Under the pieces are notes generated by a model. That model was not told the DNA's origin, did no database searches, and worked only from the letters and a program-made list of their open reading frames with translations. The position numbers were made by a program, and so were the translations under genes. Below, one piece after another: positions 50,003 to 60,889 of a stretch of 64,000 bases of DNA; the stretch's first letter is position 1; each line of letters starts with the position of its first letter. Location: contig JBFMAY010000014.1 of assembly GCA_040755455.1 (NCBI GenBank), forward strand, positions 1-64,000. Direction: 5' to 3'. The DNA comes from Thermodesulfobacteriota bacterium. Lineage in GTDB: Bacteria > Desulfobacterota > Desulfobulbia > Desulfobulbales > SURF-16.

Positions 50003-51955
50003 ATGTCCACGATCCACAACGTCAAACTGGAAATCCTGCGGCCCGGCCCGGCCCACAACCAGCTCCTTTCCCCGCTGACCCCTTATCTGGTCCTCTGCGG
50101 GGCGGACGGCCCGGTGACCGTGCACCTGCCTTTTGAACAGAGGCAGCTCCTCATGCGACTGGAGCGGCTGCGCTATTCCAGCCAGGGAACAGCCATTGCC
50201 GCCGGGCAACGGGAGGCCGAGCTGCACGAACTGGGTGAGACCCTCGGCCGGATATTCGGCCAGGTTCCCGCCCTGCTGGCCGAACTCGGCAGTGTCCGGT
50301 CGCAAACGGGAAAGCTCGTGCATCTGCGGCTGTCGCTCTCCGCCTTTGAACTGGCCCTGTTGCCATTTGAGACGGCCATTGCCGCCGACGGTTTTCCCGG
50401 CTCCGGCTCCCCCCTCTTTCTGCAATCAAACCTGCCCATCACCCTGACCAGGGAGGTGCGCCGCGGCCGGCCGCTGCCGGTGGAATGGAATCGGCCGCCC
50501 CGCATCCTCTTTATCTTCGCCTCGCCCGGGGGGCTGGCGGCGGTGCCTTACGAGCAGCATCTGCTGGCGCTGCGCCGTGCCATTGACCCGTGGGTGAAGA
50601 TCCTGGACAAAGAGGAGGAACGCCTGGCCGAGGTGAAAAATATCCTCACCGTGCTGCCCGAGGCGACTCTTGAGCAGATCCGGCAGGCCTGCATGGATAC
50701 CGAATACACCCATGTCCATATCCTGGCCCATGGCGCCCCCTATGATCATGCCGGCGACCAGCATTACGGGCTTGCCCTGTGCAGCAGCGACAAGCCAGCG
50801 GAAATCGATGTGGTTGACGGCGAGCGGCTCTCCATCGCCCTAACCACGGACCGGGCCTCGGCCTGCGGGGCCCGGAAGCGGCCCACCGTGGTCTCGCTGG
50901 CGACCTGTGATTCCGGTAATGTGCGCTCCGTGCTCATCCCGGGCGGCAGCATCGCCCACGAACTGCACGCAGCCGGCATCCCCTGGGTTTTTGCCTCCCA
51001 GTTTCCCCTGTGGATGCGTTCCTCCACCATCTTCACCGAGGTTCTCTATAAACGTTTGCTCAAAGGGGCCGATCCCCGCTGCGTGCTGCACGAACTGCGG
51101 CAACGGCTGCGCACCTCCTGCCAGGAGACCCACGACTGGGCGAGCATCGTGGCCTATGCCGCCGTGCCCTGGGATTTTGAAAACCAGGTAAGTGACTTTC
51201 GTGATGAGCAGACCCGCCGGCGGATCGAAACCAGATTCGCCCGCATCGATGATCTGCTCAAGGCCGGGAAGTCCGAGGGCCAGGATGAGAAAACGGTTAC
51301 AGGGGAGATGGCTGAGCTCTGTGCGGCCATTCGTGAGGAACTCAAGACATGGCGGGAAGAACCGGTCGCCCAATCTTCCGGCAAGGAGCTGGCTGAACGT
51401 CTGGGTGTGACTGCTGCCAGCGAAAAACGGATCGGTATCGCCTATGACCAGGTACCGGACAAAAAGAAAGAAAGCCTGGATGCCTACCGGAAATCCTGCG
51501 AATTCTATAAAAAAGCCATTGAGGCCGAGCCTTCCAATCACTGGGTCATCACCCAGTATCTGTCAATGCTTGCGGTCAAAAATCGGGCGGAATACGGTGA
51601 CATGACCGAACTGGTAAAGGAATACGGCCACTGGTGGTTCACAGCCCGGCAGATCAGCGGCTGGCATTTGCTCACCAAGAGTGGGGAAGACCTGGCCTGG
51701 GCCTACGGCACACTGGCCGAACTGGAAATGTTGGGTGCTCTTTATGGCGGCGAGGAATTCGACAGGCAGGAGGCTAAGGAGGAGATTACTCGCTATTGCG
51801 GCCAAATCCTGCAAATCTGCGGTCCCCATGGGTTTCCCGTAGAATCAACCGCGCGGCAATTCCGCCGCTATGTGGAGATCTGGCAACACGAGAAATGGGA
51901 TGATCTTGCCAAGACTGCCCTTGCCGCCTTCGGGGGGAGTGATGTATGCTCTTAA
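50003..51955 (+). CDS. CHAT (caspase-like) protease with C-terminal TPR-S-like helical domain
   Basis: LALLPFE, HVHILAHG (His), SLATCDSG (Cys), SIAHELH.AGIPWVFASQF; tail ER.G...EKR...WAYGTLAEL. Confidence 0.85.
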   Translation: MSTIHNVKLEILRPGPAHNQLLSPLTPYLVLCGADGPVTVHLPFEQRQLLMRLERLRYSSQGTAIAAGQREAELHELGETLGRIFGQVPALLAELGSVRSQTGKLVHLRLSLSAFELALLPFETAIAADGFPGSGSPLFLQSNLPITLTREVRRGRPLPVEWNRPPRILFIFASPGGLAAVPYEQHLLALRRAIDPWVKILDKEEERLAEVKNILTVLPEATLEQIRQACMDTEYTHVHILAHGAPYDHAGDQHYGLALCSSDKPAEIDVVDGERLSIALTTDRASACGARKRPTVVSLATCDSGNVRSVLIPGGSIAHELHAAGIPWVFASQFPLWMRSSTIFTEVLYKRLLKGADPRCVLHELRQRLRTSCQETHDWASIVAYAAVPWDFENQVSDFRDEQTRRRIETRFARIDDLLKAGKSEGQDEKTVTGEMAELCAAIREELKTWREEPVAQSSGKELAERLGVTAASEKRIGIAYDQVPDKKKESLDAYRKSCEFYKKAIEAEPSNHWVITQYLSMLAVKNRAEYGDMTELVKEYGHWWFTARQISGWHLLTKSGEDLAWAYGTLAELEMLGALYGGEEFDRQEAKEEITRYCGQILQICGPHGFPVESTARQFRRYVEIWQHEKWDDLAKTALAAFGGSDVCS

Positions 51956-52047
51956 AATAGCATCCGGCAGAACACAGGGTGAAATGTTTCCCCTGCTGCC
52001 TATGGTGCCCGCCATGCATGGCAAGTAAATAGAAAGAAGGAAATATC

Positions 52048-52365
52048 TTGAGTAAGCCGGTGACAAAGATCAACACCCCCTTCGGGGAGTATGAGCCGCG
52101 GATTGCCGGCCGCGACCAACTGGAGCGCGCGGCGGCGGTCATGGGCGAGGCGGTGGAGGCCATCGCCCGGGTCAACCATGACCGGTGGGCGGCGGAGAGG
52201 ATTGCCCAGGGCTGGCGCTACGGGGAAGAGCGGGATGACGCCGGAAAACTGCATCCGGATCTAGTCCCTTACGAGCACCTGACGGAAGCGGAAAAACGAA
52301 TCGATGTGGAGGGGGCCAAGGCCATCGTTGCCGAACTGCTCAGGCTTGGCATTCTTCGGCAATGA
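52048..52365 (+). CDS. Stand-alone RyR-domain protein
   Basis: IARVNHDRWAAERIAQGWRYGEERDDAGKLHPDLVPYEHLTEAEKRID; TTG start with AGAAGG RBS. Confidence 0.85.
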   Translation: MSKPVTKINTPFGEYEPRIAGRDQLERAAAVMGEAVEAIARVNHDRWAAERIAQGWRYGEERDDAGKLHPDLVPYEHLTEAEKRIDVEGAKAIVAELLRLGILRQ

Positions 52366-52385
52366 TTCCCTCATCTCATCAGCTG

Positions 52386-53309
52386 TCAGTTTCCATACAG
52401 TTTCTCATACTTTCCCTGCAGCTGCAGAAGATTGTCCAGGTATTTGTCCTTGTCCTCCAGGCCGGTGGTTGCGGTCAGCTCCTCAATCAGGCCGTTAATG
52501 GGATATCTGATATCGATGCCCAGGGGGTTGGCGTTTTTCATGTTGGCCAGATCCATGACCAGCACGCAGTAATACTTGACCAGGGTCCTGAAGGCCGGCT
52601 CGCGGCGGAACAGATAGGCCTGGCCGCCGAGGGTGTTGAGAAAGAAGGTTGAGTAGCTGTACATATCCTCCATCGGTAACTGGATTGGGTATTCCGTGTC
52701 CTGGCATTGCTCCCGGTGGACAATCAATGAGAAGAAGTCCGCCATCACCTCTTCGTAGTGACCTTTTTCAAGGGCCATGATTTTTTTCAGGATAAAGATA
52801 TTCTTTTCCCCCAGCACCCGGTAGAAGTGGGCGGCATTCTGGAGGATGGCCAGCAGATTGTCCGTCTCCCTGGTGATAGTGGGCTTGTTGGCCAGCATTT
52901 TATTGATAATCGTGGTGAAGTAAACTTTTGATCCGCCTTCCAGGTTGAAGGCGATGATGTAATCTTCCTTGTCCAGCCGGGCAAAAAACGCATCAATTCT
53001 GTCAGCGGTCCCCTTGCAGGGATCAATGGCAACCGCTTTGTCGGCTGTCTGCTTATCGGCCTCAGCCGCAATGTCGGCAGATTCTGTCTGGCCGGCAGAG
53101 TCGGAATCGCCCTGGGTGGCAAGTCCTCTTTCAAGAACATTCACCTTTTCCTGCAATTTCTGCTGCTTCTGCTCAAGGGAGATGGCTGCCTGCTTTTCCT
53201 CCGCTTTTCTGTTGACATTGTAAAGTAAGAAGACGGCAACGGCGGCAAGGGCGAGAAGAACAAGGATAACAATTGATTTGGTGGGGGTGGGTTTCTTGGT
53301 ATTTGACAT
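52386..53309 (-). CDS. Membrane-anchored hypothetical protein
   Basis: N-terminal TM, coiled coil, long ORF with normal composition. Confidence 0.7.
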   Translation of the reverse strand: MSNTKKPTPTKSIVILVLLALAAVAVFLLYNVNRKAEEKQAAISLEQKQQKLQEKVNVLERGLATQGDSDSAGQTESADIAAEADKQTADKAVAIDPCKGTADRIDAFFARLDKEDYIIAFNLEGGSKVYFTTIINKMLANKPTITRETDNLLAILQNAAHFYRVLGEKNIFILKKIMALEKGHYEEVMADFFSLIVHREQCQDTEYPIQLPMEDMYSYSTFFLNTLGGQAYLFRREPAFRTLVKYYCVLVMDLANMKNANPLGIDIRYPINGLIEELTATTGLEDKDKYLDNLLQLQGKYEKLYGN

Positions 53310-53525
53310 GATTATTCACTTATTGTCATTTTAAGAAATTTTTTGGTAAAATTTGACGAAATAGGACTTCTGCATGGCTTGGAAGGATTTTATTTGTTAT
53401 GCTGCTTGTTAATGTATCGTGCTTTGTTTATTCCGTCAAACAGAAATATTTTTTCTTATCCCCTTGGCATTAATCTGTAAATCGTCAGCGGGCAACAAAA
53501 AAATGATCAGCGCTTTCCTTGGATT

Positions 53526-53903
53526 ATGGCAAATGCTTCTGTGAAAATTCTGGTGGTGGATGACTCAAGGGTCATGAGGCGGATTATCGCCTCATTCCTG
53601 GCGAAAATGGGTTATAATGAGGTGCTGGAGGCGTCGGACGCCGGCTGTGCCTTGAAGATTCTTGCCACCGAGCAGGTTGCTGTCGTCATCTCCGATTATT
53701 CCATGCCCGGCATAAGTGGCCTTGAGCTGCTGAAGACCATCCGTCGTGACCCGGTAAATAAGGATATGCCGTTTGTCATGGTAACTGCCGAGGCACAGCT
53801 CGGACAGATTATCGCCGCATTCAGAGAAGGGGCGCAGCAGTACGTTACCAAGCCTTTTACCTCCGAGTATATGGAGTATGTCATAAATAAGGTTGTGCGG
53901 TGA
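53526..53903 (+). CDS. CheY-like single-domain response regulator
   Basis: LVVDD, SDYSMP, MVTAE, TKPF. Confidence 0.9.
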   Translation: MANASVKILVVDDSRVMRRIIASFLAKMGYNEVLEASDAGCALKILATEQVAVVISDYSMPGISGLELLKTIRRDPVNKDMPFVMVTAEAQLGQIIAAFREGAQQYVTKPFTSEYMEYVINKVVR

Positions 53904-53936
53904 TGACGGCGCGGCAACAATAAGAATTATCGAGTT

Positions 53937-54488
53937 GTGAAGATGATATCCTTGCTGAACATGAAAAAGACCAATAACTGGATTGAGAGATGTCTTCCCT
54001 TTGTCTCGAAAAGTCCGGAAATGAAGATCAGTTGGCTGACTGCTGTCTTCAGGAAGGGAGTTTTGTCTCAGGAGGAAATTACTCCTTATATCCGCCTGTT
54101 GCTGGCTGAAAAAAGCGGGGAGGAACAGGAACAGCTCAGGAAGGCATTCGGCGAACTTGATGTGGAGATGCAGTATCGTTTTCTTGAGGCGGCGGATATT
54201 TATGATACGCCGAAATTGTTTGCCTTATGCCAGAATCCCACCTTGCGCCACGCGGAAATTGCCCTGTTGAAGCAAGTCCCTCCTTACGAGAAAAAAACAC
54301 AGCTCATTCTGGACAAGGTTTTTTATGCGGTCAGTGACCATTCCAAGGAGTTGCTTGAGCAGGCGGCTGAACTGCTGATCAAGGAAGGGAAAGCTTCGGT
54401 GAGTTTTAAGGAGAATTATGCGCGGTTTCAGGAAATTCTGGAAGATGAGGAATTTCTTCTCTCCCTTTACCCCAATGCCAGGGGTTGA
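53937..54488 (+). CDS. Hypothetical protein
   Basis: Helical 183-aa ORF downstream of the CheY-like gene; start uncertain. Confidence 0.65.
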   Translation: MKMISLLNMKKTNNWIERCLPFVSKSPEMKISWLTAVFRKGVLSQEEITPYIRLLLAEKSGEEQEQLRKAFGELDVEMQYRFLEAADIYDTPKLFALCQNPTLRHAEIALLKQVPPYEKKTQLILDKVFYAVSDHSKELLEQAAELLIKEGKASVSFKENYARFQEILEDEEFLLSLYPNARG

Positions 54489-54521
54489 AAGAACAGCATA
54501 ATGTTGTAAGCCATGCTGCGG

Positions 54522-54556
54522 GCAACTGGATGCGGGCAATACCGGCATCCAGTTGC
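54522..54556. terminator. Inverted repeat between convergent genes
   Basis: GCAACTGGATGC-N11-GCATCCAGTTGC. Confidence 0.55.
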
Positions 54557-54573
54557 ACAAGAATCACTGGTGA

Positions 54574-54831
54574 TTATTTCTTTTTCCCGCCGCCCGAGGC
54601 CCTCTTTGCTGCCTTAAGTGGGTTGACCTTGATGGTGCTGACGACAATCTCGGGTTTTTTGTGGGTGGCAAAGTTGCATATACCCAGACGCCATTTTGCA
54701 TCGGGAAAGGCGAATGTCTGACAATATTTGTTGTTGTTTGCCTCGACGATTCTCTCGCATCCCTCGCACTTGTCGATAATGGGATTAAAAAAACCGCTGC
54801 TTTGCAGTTCACTTGCTGTCGGTGTAGCCAT
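54574..54831 (-). CDS. PxxKW family cysteine-rich protein
   Basis: CEGC...YC...PDAKW..G.CNFATH...KVNPLKAAKR; AAGGAGG RBS. Confidence 0.85.
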   Translation of the reverse strand: MATPTASELQSSGFFNPIIDKCEGCERIVEANNNKYCQTFAFPDAKWRLGICNFATHKKPEIVVSTIKVNPLKAAKRASGGGKKK

Positions 54832-55172
54832 GACAGGTCCTCCTTGTATGAAAAAATAAGATTTTTTGTATCAAGAGAAAAATAAATTTGTGTTTACAAA
54901 ACATATCTATCTAAATGAAAGAGGTGGGTCTGTCAACAGAAAAAAGAGCAATGGAACCATGCTGCCGGTTCGTGGTCAGGTTTTTGCATCTGTTCGGAGC
55001 AAATAGAGATGAAGTCCCTAAGAAATGGAAAACATTGTCAATAAAGTTGTATTTCCGGAAATCTTGATATAAAATTTATTTCTGGATGCTGGTAATCAGC
55101 CGCTTTGCGGTGGAAAAAACATTTCACTCTCTCGAGTGTCTCATCCTGTAACGAAAATAAAAGGATCATTTC

Positions 55173-56381
55173 ATGCCTGTCTATGTCTGGAAGGGAGTTA
55201 ATTCATACGGTGAGAAAAGAAAAGGAAGAATCGAGGCGCACAGTGAAGCCGCCGCGCTTTCCCAGCTAAAAAAGATCAGAATCAAGCCGACCGTTCTGAA
55301 GGTGGCGCCAAAAGATCTTTTTGGCAATCTTGCCATGTTCCAGCCGAAGGTGACCGGCAAGGATGTGGTGATTTTCACCCGGCAGCTTTCCACCATGATT
55401 GACGCCGGTCTCCCGCTGGTGCAGAGTCTGGATATTCTCGCGGGTCAGCAGGAAAATCCTACATTCAAAAAATTGCTGACCGAGATCCGTATTGATGTTG
55501 AATCAGGCATGACCTTTGCCGATGGCATGAAAAAACACCCCAAGGTGTTTGACAATCTTTACTGCAACATGATTGACGCCGGAGAGGTCGGCGGTATTCT
55601 CGACACCATTCTCAACCGTCTTGCCGGCTTTATGGAAAAAAGCATGGCCTTGAAGAAAAAGATCAAGGGCGCCATGACCTATCCGATCATCTGTCTCTGC
55701 ATTGCTCTGGTCATCACTGCCGTTATTCTGATATTTGTCGTACCGGTTTTTGCCAAAATGTTTGCCGATTTCGGTTCGGCCCTCCCGGCTCCCACCCAGA
55801 TAGTGGTCGATATCAGTAATTTCGTCAAAAGCAATTTTTTCTTCATGGCCGCCGCCCTTGCCGTTATCGTTGTTGCCATCAAGAAAATTTATAACACGGA
55901 AAAGGGGCGGAAAAAGATCGATGTGCTGCTCATTAACGCTCCTGTTTTCGGGCCGCTTATCCGCAAGGTGGCGGTGGCCAAATTCACCAGAACGCTGGGC
56001 ACCATGCTGCACAGCGGTGTCCCCATTCTGGATTCGTTGACCGTGGTCGGCAAAACAGCAGGCAACAAGGTTATCGAGCAGGCCGTCTTCAGGGTGGCGG
56101 ACAGCATCACGGAAGGGCGTTCCATCGCCGAACCCCTCGAAGAGACGGGGGTTTTCCCCAGCATGGTTGTGCAGATGATCAATGTCGGCGAGGCCACGGG
56201 CGCGCTTGACACCATGCTGGAAAAGATAGCTGATTTTTACGACGAGGAGGTTGATCAGGCGGTGGAGAACATGACCGCCATGATTGAACCGTTCATGATG
56301 GTTTTCCTCGGTGGACTTATCGGCGGACTGGTCATCGCCATGTATCTGCCGATTTTCAAGATGGCCAGCGTCATCGGTTAG
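55173..56381 (+). CDS. pilC: Type IV pilus inner-membrane platform protein (T2SSF family)
   Basis: FTRQLSTMIDAGLPL, GEVGG.LD, GEATGALD, IEP, YLPIF. Confidence 0.95.
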   Translation: MPVYVWKGVNSYGEKRKGRIEAHSEAAALSQLKKIRIKPTVLKVAPKDLFGNLAMFQPKVTGKDVVIFTRQLSTMIDAGLPLVQSLDILAGQQENPTFKKLLTEIRIDVESGMTFADGMKKHPKVFDNLYCNMIDAGEVGGILDTILNRLAGFMEKSMALKKKIKGAMTYPIICLCIALVITAVILIFVVPVFAKMFADFGSALPAPTQIVVDISNFVKSNFFFMAAALAVIVVAIKKIYNTEKGRKKIDVLLINAPVFGPLIRKVAVAKFTRTLGTMLHSGVPILDSLTVVGKTAGNKVIEQAVFRVADSITEGRSIAEPLEETGVFPSMVVQMINVGEATGALDTMLEKIADFYDEEVDQAVENMTAMIEPFMMVFLGGLIGGLVIAMYLPIFKMASVIG

Positions 56382-56464
56382 GTTGTCTTGCCCGCTTTCC
56401 CGGCCGGCTGCCGTCGTTGCCAGACCATTTGCTTGTTTTAAAAAAGAATATTCGTTAGTTATTG

Positions 56465-56493
56465 TTGACAAATGCAAAAGTAAAAATGATAAT
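56465..56493 (+). promoter_or_regulatory. Putative sigma70 promoter of eno
   Basis: TTGACA-N17-GATAAT. Confidence 0.55.
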
Positions 56494-56553
56494 TGTGCAA
56501 GTGATTTCAGCTAGAAACATGATGATGCAGCGCTTGCGCGGCAATACAATTGA

Positions 56554-57858
<1,305 letters not shown>

Positions 57859-57914
57859 AAAAAGCAAGTCTGACCACAATACCATGCTTCTACCAAAGAT
57901 GGAGGTTTAGCAAC

Positions 57915-58202
57915 ATGACCCTGACGAAGGCTGATTTGGTGCAGAAAATTTATCAGACCCATAATTTAACAAAGGCGCAGGCAACCTCGATTGTTGAAAC
58001 ATTCCTGAAGATCTGCAAGGATTGTCTGGCCAATGGTGATGATTTGCTGATAAGCGGTTTTGGCAAGTTCAACATCAAAGAAAAAAATGCCAGAAGGGGA
58101 CGCAACCCCCAGACCGGCAAGGAGTTGATCCTGTCGGCCCGTAAGGTCGTGACCTTCAAGCCGTCAGGGATCCTGCGCGACAGGGTAAACGGCATGCAAT
58201 AA
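57915..58202 (+). CDS. ihfA: Integration host factor subunit (alpha-like)
   Basis: LTKADL, ISGFGKF, RRGRNPQTG, VVTFKPS. Confidence 0.85.
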   Translation: MTLTKADLVQKIYQTHNLTKAQATSIVETFLKICKDCLANGDDLLISGFGKFNIKEKNARRGRNPQTGKELILSARKVVTFKPSGILRDRVNGMQ

Positions 58203-58252
58203 CCGACTGTCCGCGTAAAGATTGCAGCAGGACGTTTGCGCTTTGTCCTGTC

Positions 58253-58297
58253 AGACGGGTGCGTTTTTTCGTAATGAAAAACTGCCCGTCTTTTTTT
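58253..58297 (+). terminator. Rho-independent terminator after ihf
   Basis: AGACGGG...CCCGTCT stem followed by a T run. Confidence 0.55.
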
Positions 58298-58427
58298 GTT
58301 GTTCGGACAGGAATATCTGATAGATTAAAGACCGTGATCGGTAAGATTGATTCCGGGATCTGATTTCCTGATGCCGGCAGAGGCATTTTGGGAACCCGGA
58401 CTGGAATAATGACGCAGAGCAAAAAAA

Positions 58428-59489
58428 ATGACGCAGGAAACAAGAACGCTGGCGGAGCTTGCCGCCTTGGTGGAAGGGGAATTGCTCGGTGATCCGGGGG
58501 TGAGGATTTCAGCTTTCAATGACGTGGCCAACGCGTCTGCCGGGGATATCACTTTTATTGCCGGAGGGAAATATTCCGACCAGCTTGCGCGAACCGGAGC
58601 CTCGGCGATCATTGTGCCCCACGATATGCAGGAAGTAGCTCTTCCGGCGATCCGGGTGAAGAACCCCTATCTGGCTGCCGCCATTATCCATAACCTGTTT
58701 TATCAAAGGCCGCGCCCTGCGCCTGGGATCGATGGCCGTGCCGTCATCGGAGCGGATTGCCGCATCGCCCCTTCGGTGTCCGTTGCCCCGCTGGCAATGG
58801 TCGGCCGGGGGGTCACCCTTGGGGAAAGGGTGGTCATCGAGTCCGGGGCGGTTATCGGCGATGACGTGATCATCGGCGACGAGACAATTGTGGAGGCAAA
58901 CGTGGTAGTGCGGGCCGGCTGCAGAATCGGCAGCCGGGTGATTCTTTACAGCGGCGCGGTGATCGGCAGTGACGGCTTCGGCTACGCCACCAATGCCCGG
59001 GGCATCCATATCAAGCGGCCCCAAGTCGGCAATGTGGTGATTGAGGATGATGTCGAGATCGGAGCAAATACCTGCATTGACCGGGCCACCTTCGGCAGCA
59101 CGCTGATCAGAAAGGGGACGAAAATCGATAACCTGGTGCAAATCGGCCACAATGTGGAGATCGGCGAGGGATGCCTGCTGGTCTCTCAATGCGGTGTTGC
59201 CGGCAGCAGCAGGCTGGGCAATGGAGTGGTGCTGGCCGGCCAGTCAGGGGTCGGCGATCATGTGGAGGTAGGCGACGGGGTCATGGCGGCGGGCCGCAGC
59301 GGCATCAACAGCAACGTCAAGCCGGGGGCGGTGGTGGCCGGGTTCCCGGCTATCGCCTATAAGGAATGGCTGCAGGCGGCCACGGCTTTTTCGCGGATTC
59401 CCCAGTTGGTAAAAGATGTGCGCCGTCTGCGTAAACTGATGAGCGAACCGGCGGGAGATGAAAAAAACAAGGAGACAGGAGATGAGTGA
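58428..59489 (+). CDS. lpxD: UDP-3-O-acylglucosamine N-acyltransferase
   Basis: Hexapeptide repeats, GSDGFG, DNLVQIGHNV. Confidence 0.95.
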   Translation: MTQETRTLAELAALVEGELLGDPGVRISAFNDVANASAGDITFIAGGKYSDQLARTGASAIIVPHDMQEVALPAIRVKNPYLAAAIIHNLFYQRPRPAPGIDGRAVIGADCRIAPSVSVAPLAMVGRGVTLGERVVIESGAVIGDDVIIGDETIVEANVVVRAGCRIGSRVILYSGAVIGSDGFGYATNARGIHIKRPQVGNVVIEDDVEIGANTCIDRATFGSTLIRKGTKIDNLVQIGHNVEIGEGCLLVSQCGVAGSSRLGNGVVLAGQSGVGDHVEVGDGVMAAGRSGINSNVKPGAVVAGFPAIAYKEWLQAATAFSRIPQLVKDVRRLRKLMSEPAGDEKNKETGDE

Positions 59490-59928
59490 AGTTGTCACGC
59501 AATATGATATAAATGAAATCTTAAAGCTGCTTCCCCACCGCTACCCCTTTATTCTGGTGGACCGGATTCTGGCGGTGACCCCCGGTGAGGCGATCAAGGC
59601 ATTGAAAAATGTCACCATTAATGAGCCCTTTTTTCAAGGCCATTTTCCCACTGAGCCGGTAATGCCTGGTGTGCTGGTGATGGAGGGGATGGCCCAGGCC
59701 GGGGCCATTCTGGCCTATCTCACTGATAAAGATAAGATTGGTAAAAATCTGGTCTATTTTGCCGGCATGGACGGGGTGCGTTTCAGGAAAAAAATCGTGC
59801 CCGGTGATCAGATTATCTATGAGCTGAATATCATGAAACGCAAAGCAAAACTTTTCAAGATTGCCGGCAAGGCCTTTGTCGATGGCCAGCTGGCGGCAGA
59901 GGCGGAACTGATGGCCACCTTTTCCTGA
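59482..59928 (+). CDS. fabZ: 3-hydroxyacyl-ACP dehydratase
   Basis: LPHRYPF, FFQGHFP, PGVL..E. Confidence 0.96.
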   Translation: MSEVVTQYDINEILKLLPHRYPFILVDRILAVTPGEAIKALKNVTINEPFFQGHFPTEPVMPGVLVMEGMAQAGAILAYLTDKDKIGKNLVYFAGMDGVRFRKKIVPGDQIIYELNIMKRKAKLFKIAGKAFVDGQLAAEAELMATFS

Positions 59929-60088
59929 CGCCTTTTGCCGGCAGCGGGAAAGGCTGGTAATTACCGGCCTTCTGTGTTAAAAAGACTAGTTTTTCATTGC
60001 CTGTTTCCACCTTGGGTGACGAGACATGGCGGCAATCGGCATGCCTGGCATACATCCTAACATGTAACACTTAACATCTTGTGCAAAT

Positions 60089-60889
60089 ATGACTATTCAC
60101 TCCACAGCTATTATTGACCCGGGCGCGGAACTGGATTCATCGGTTTCCGTCGGCCCCTATGCGGTCATCGGCAAGGGGGTCAGGATCGATGCTGACTCCC
60201 AGATAGGTCCCCATGCCTTTCTTTCCGGCCCCCTTACCATCGGCAAGGCCAATAACATCGGCGCCTTTGCCTGCGTCGGCGCCCCTCCCCAGGACATCAA
60301 ATACAAGGGGGAGGAAACCTTACTCAGGATCGGTGACGCCAATATCATCCGGGAATACTGTTCCATCCATCGCGGCAGCCCGAGCGGCCATGGCGTCACC
60401 ACCATCGGCAGCAACTGCATGTTCATGGCCTATTCCCATGTGGCCCATGACTGCGTGATCGGCAACCATGTCATTCTGGTCAACAATGCCACCCTGGGAG
60501 GGCACGTGGAGATCGGCGAGCGGGTCACCGTGGGCGGCATGACGGCTGTCCATCAGTTCTCCCGCATCGGTGAATATTCTTTTATCGGCGGCATGTCCGG
60601 TATCAGCATGGATGTGCCGCCCTATGTGATTGTGGCAGGTATCCGCAATGACATGCAGGTGCGCGGCATTAACAAGATCGGGCTCAAGCGCGCCGGCTTC
60701 AGCAATGAGGATATCCGTAATCTCGGCCGGGCCTTTACCCTGATATTCAAAACCAGGGACCTGCTGCTGCAGGAAGCGCTGGAAAAGGTGAAGATGGAAA
60801 TTTCCGATTCCGCTCCGGTGGCGCGGATGGTAGAATTTTTTGCTGTATCCAACCGCAATGTGGTCCGCTTAAGCAGTGATGACGAGTAG
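60089..60889 (+). CDS. lpxA: UDP-N-acetylglucosamine acyltransferase
   Basis: PQD.KY, HVAHDC, HQF. Confidence 0.96.
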   Translation: MTIHSTAIIDPGAELDSSVSVGPYAVIGKGVRIDADSQIGPHAFLSGPLTIGKANNIGAFACVGAPPQDIKYKGEETLLRIGDANIIREYCSIHRGSPSGHGVTTIGSNCMFMAYSHVAHDCVIGNHVILVNNATLGGHVEIGERVTVGGMTAVHQFSRIGEYSFIGGMSGISMDVPPYVIVAGIRNDMQVRGINKIGLKRAGFSNEDIRNLGRAFTLIFKTRDLLLQEALEKVKMEISDSAPVARMVEFFAVSNRNVVRLSSDDE

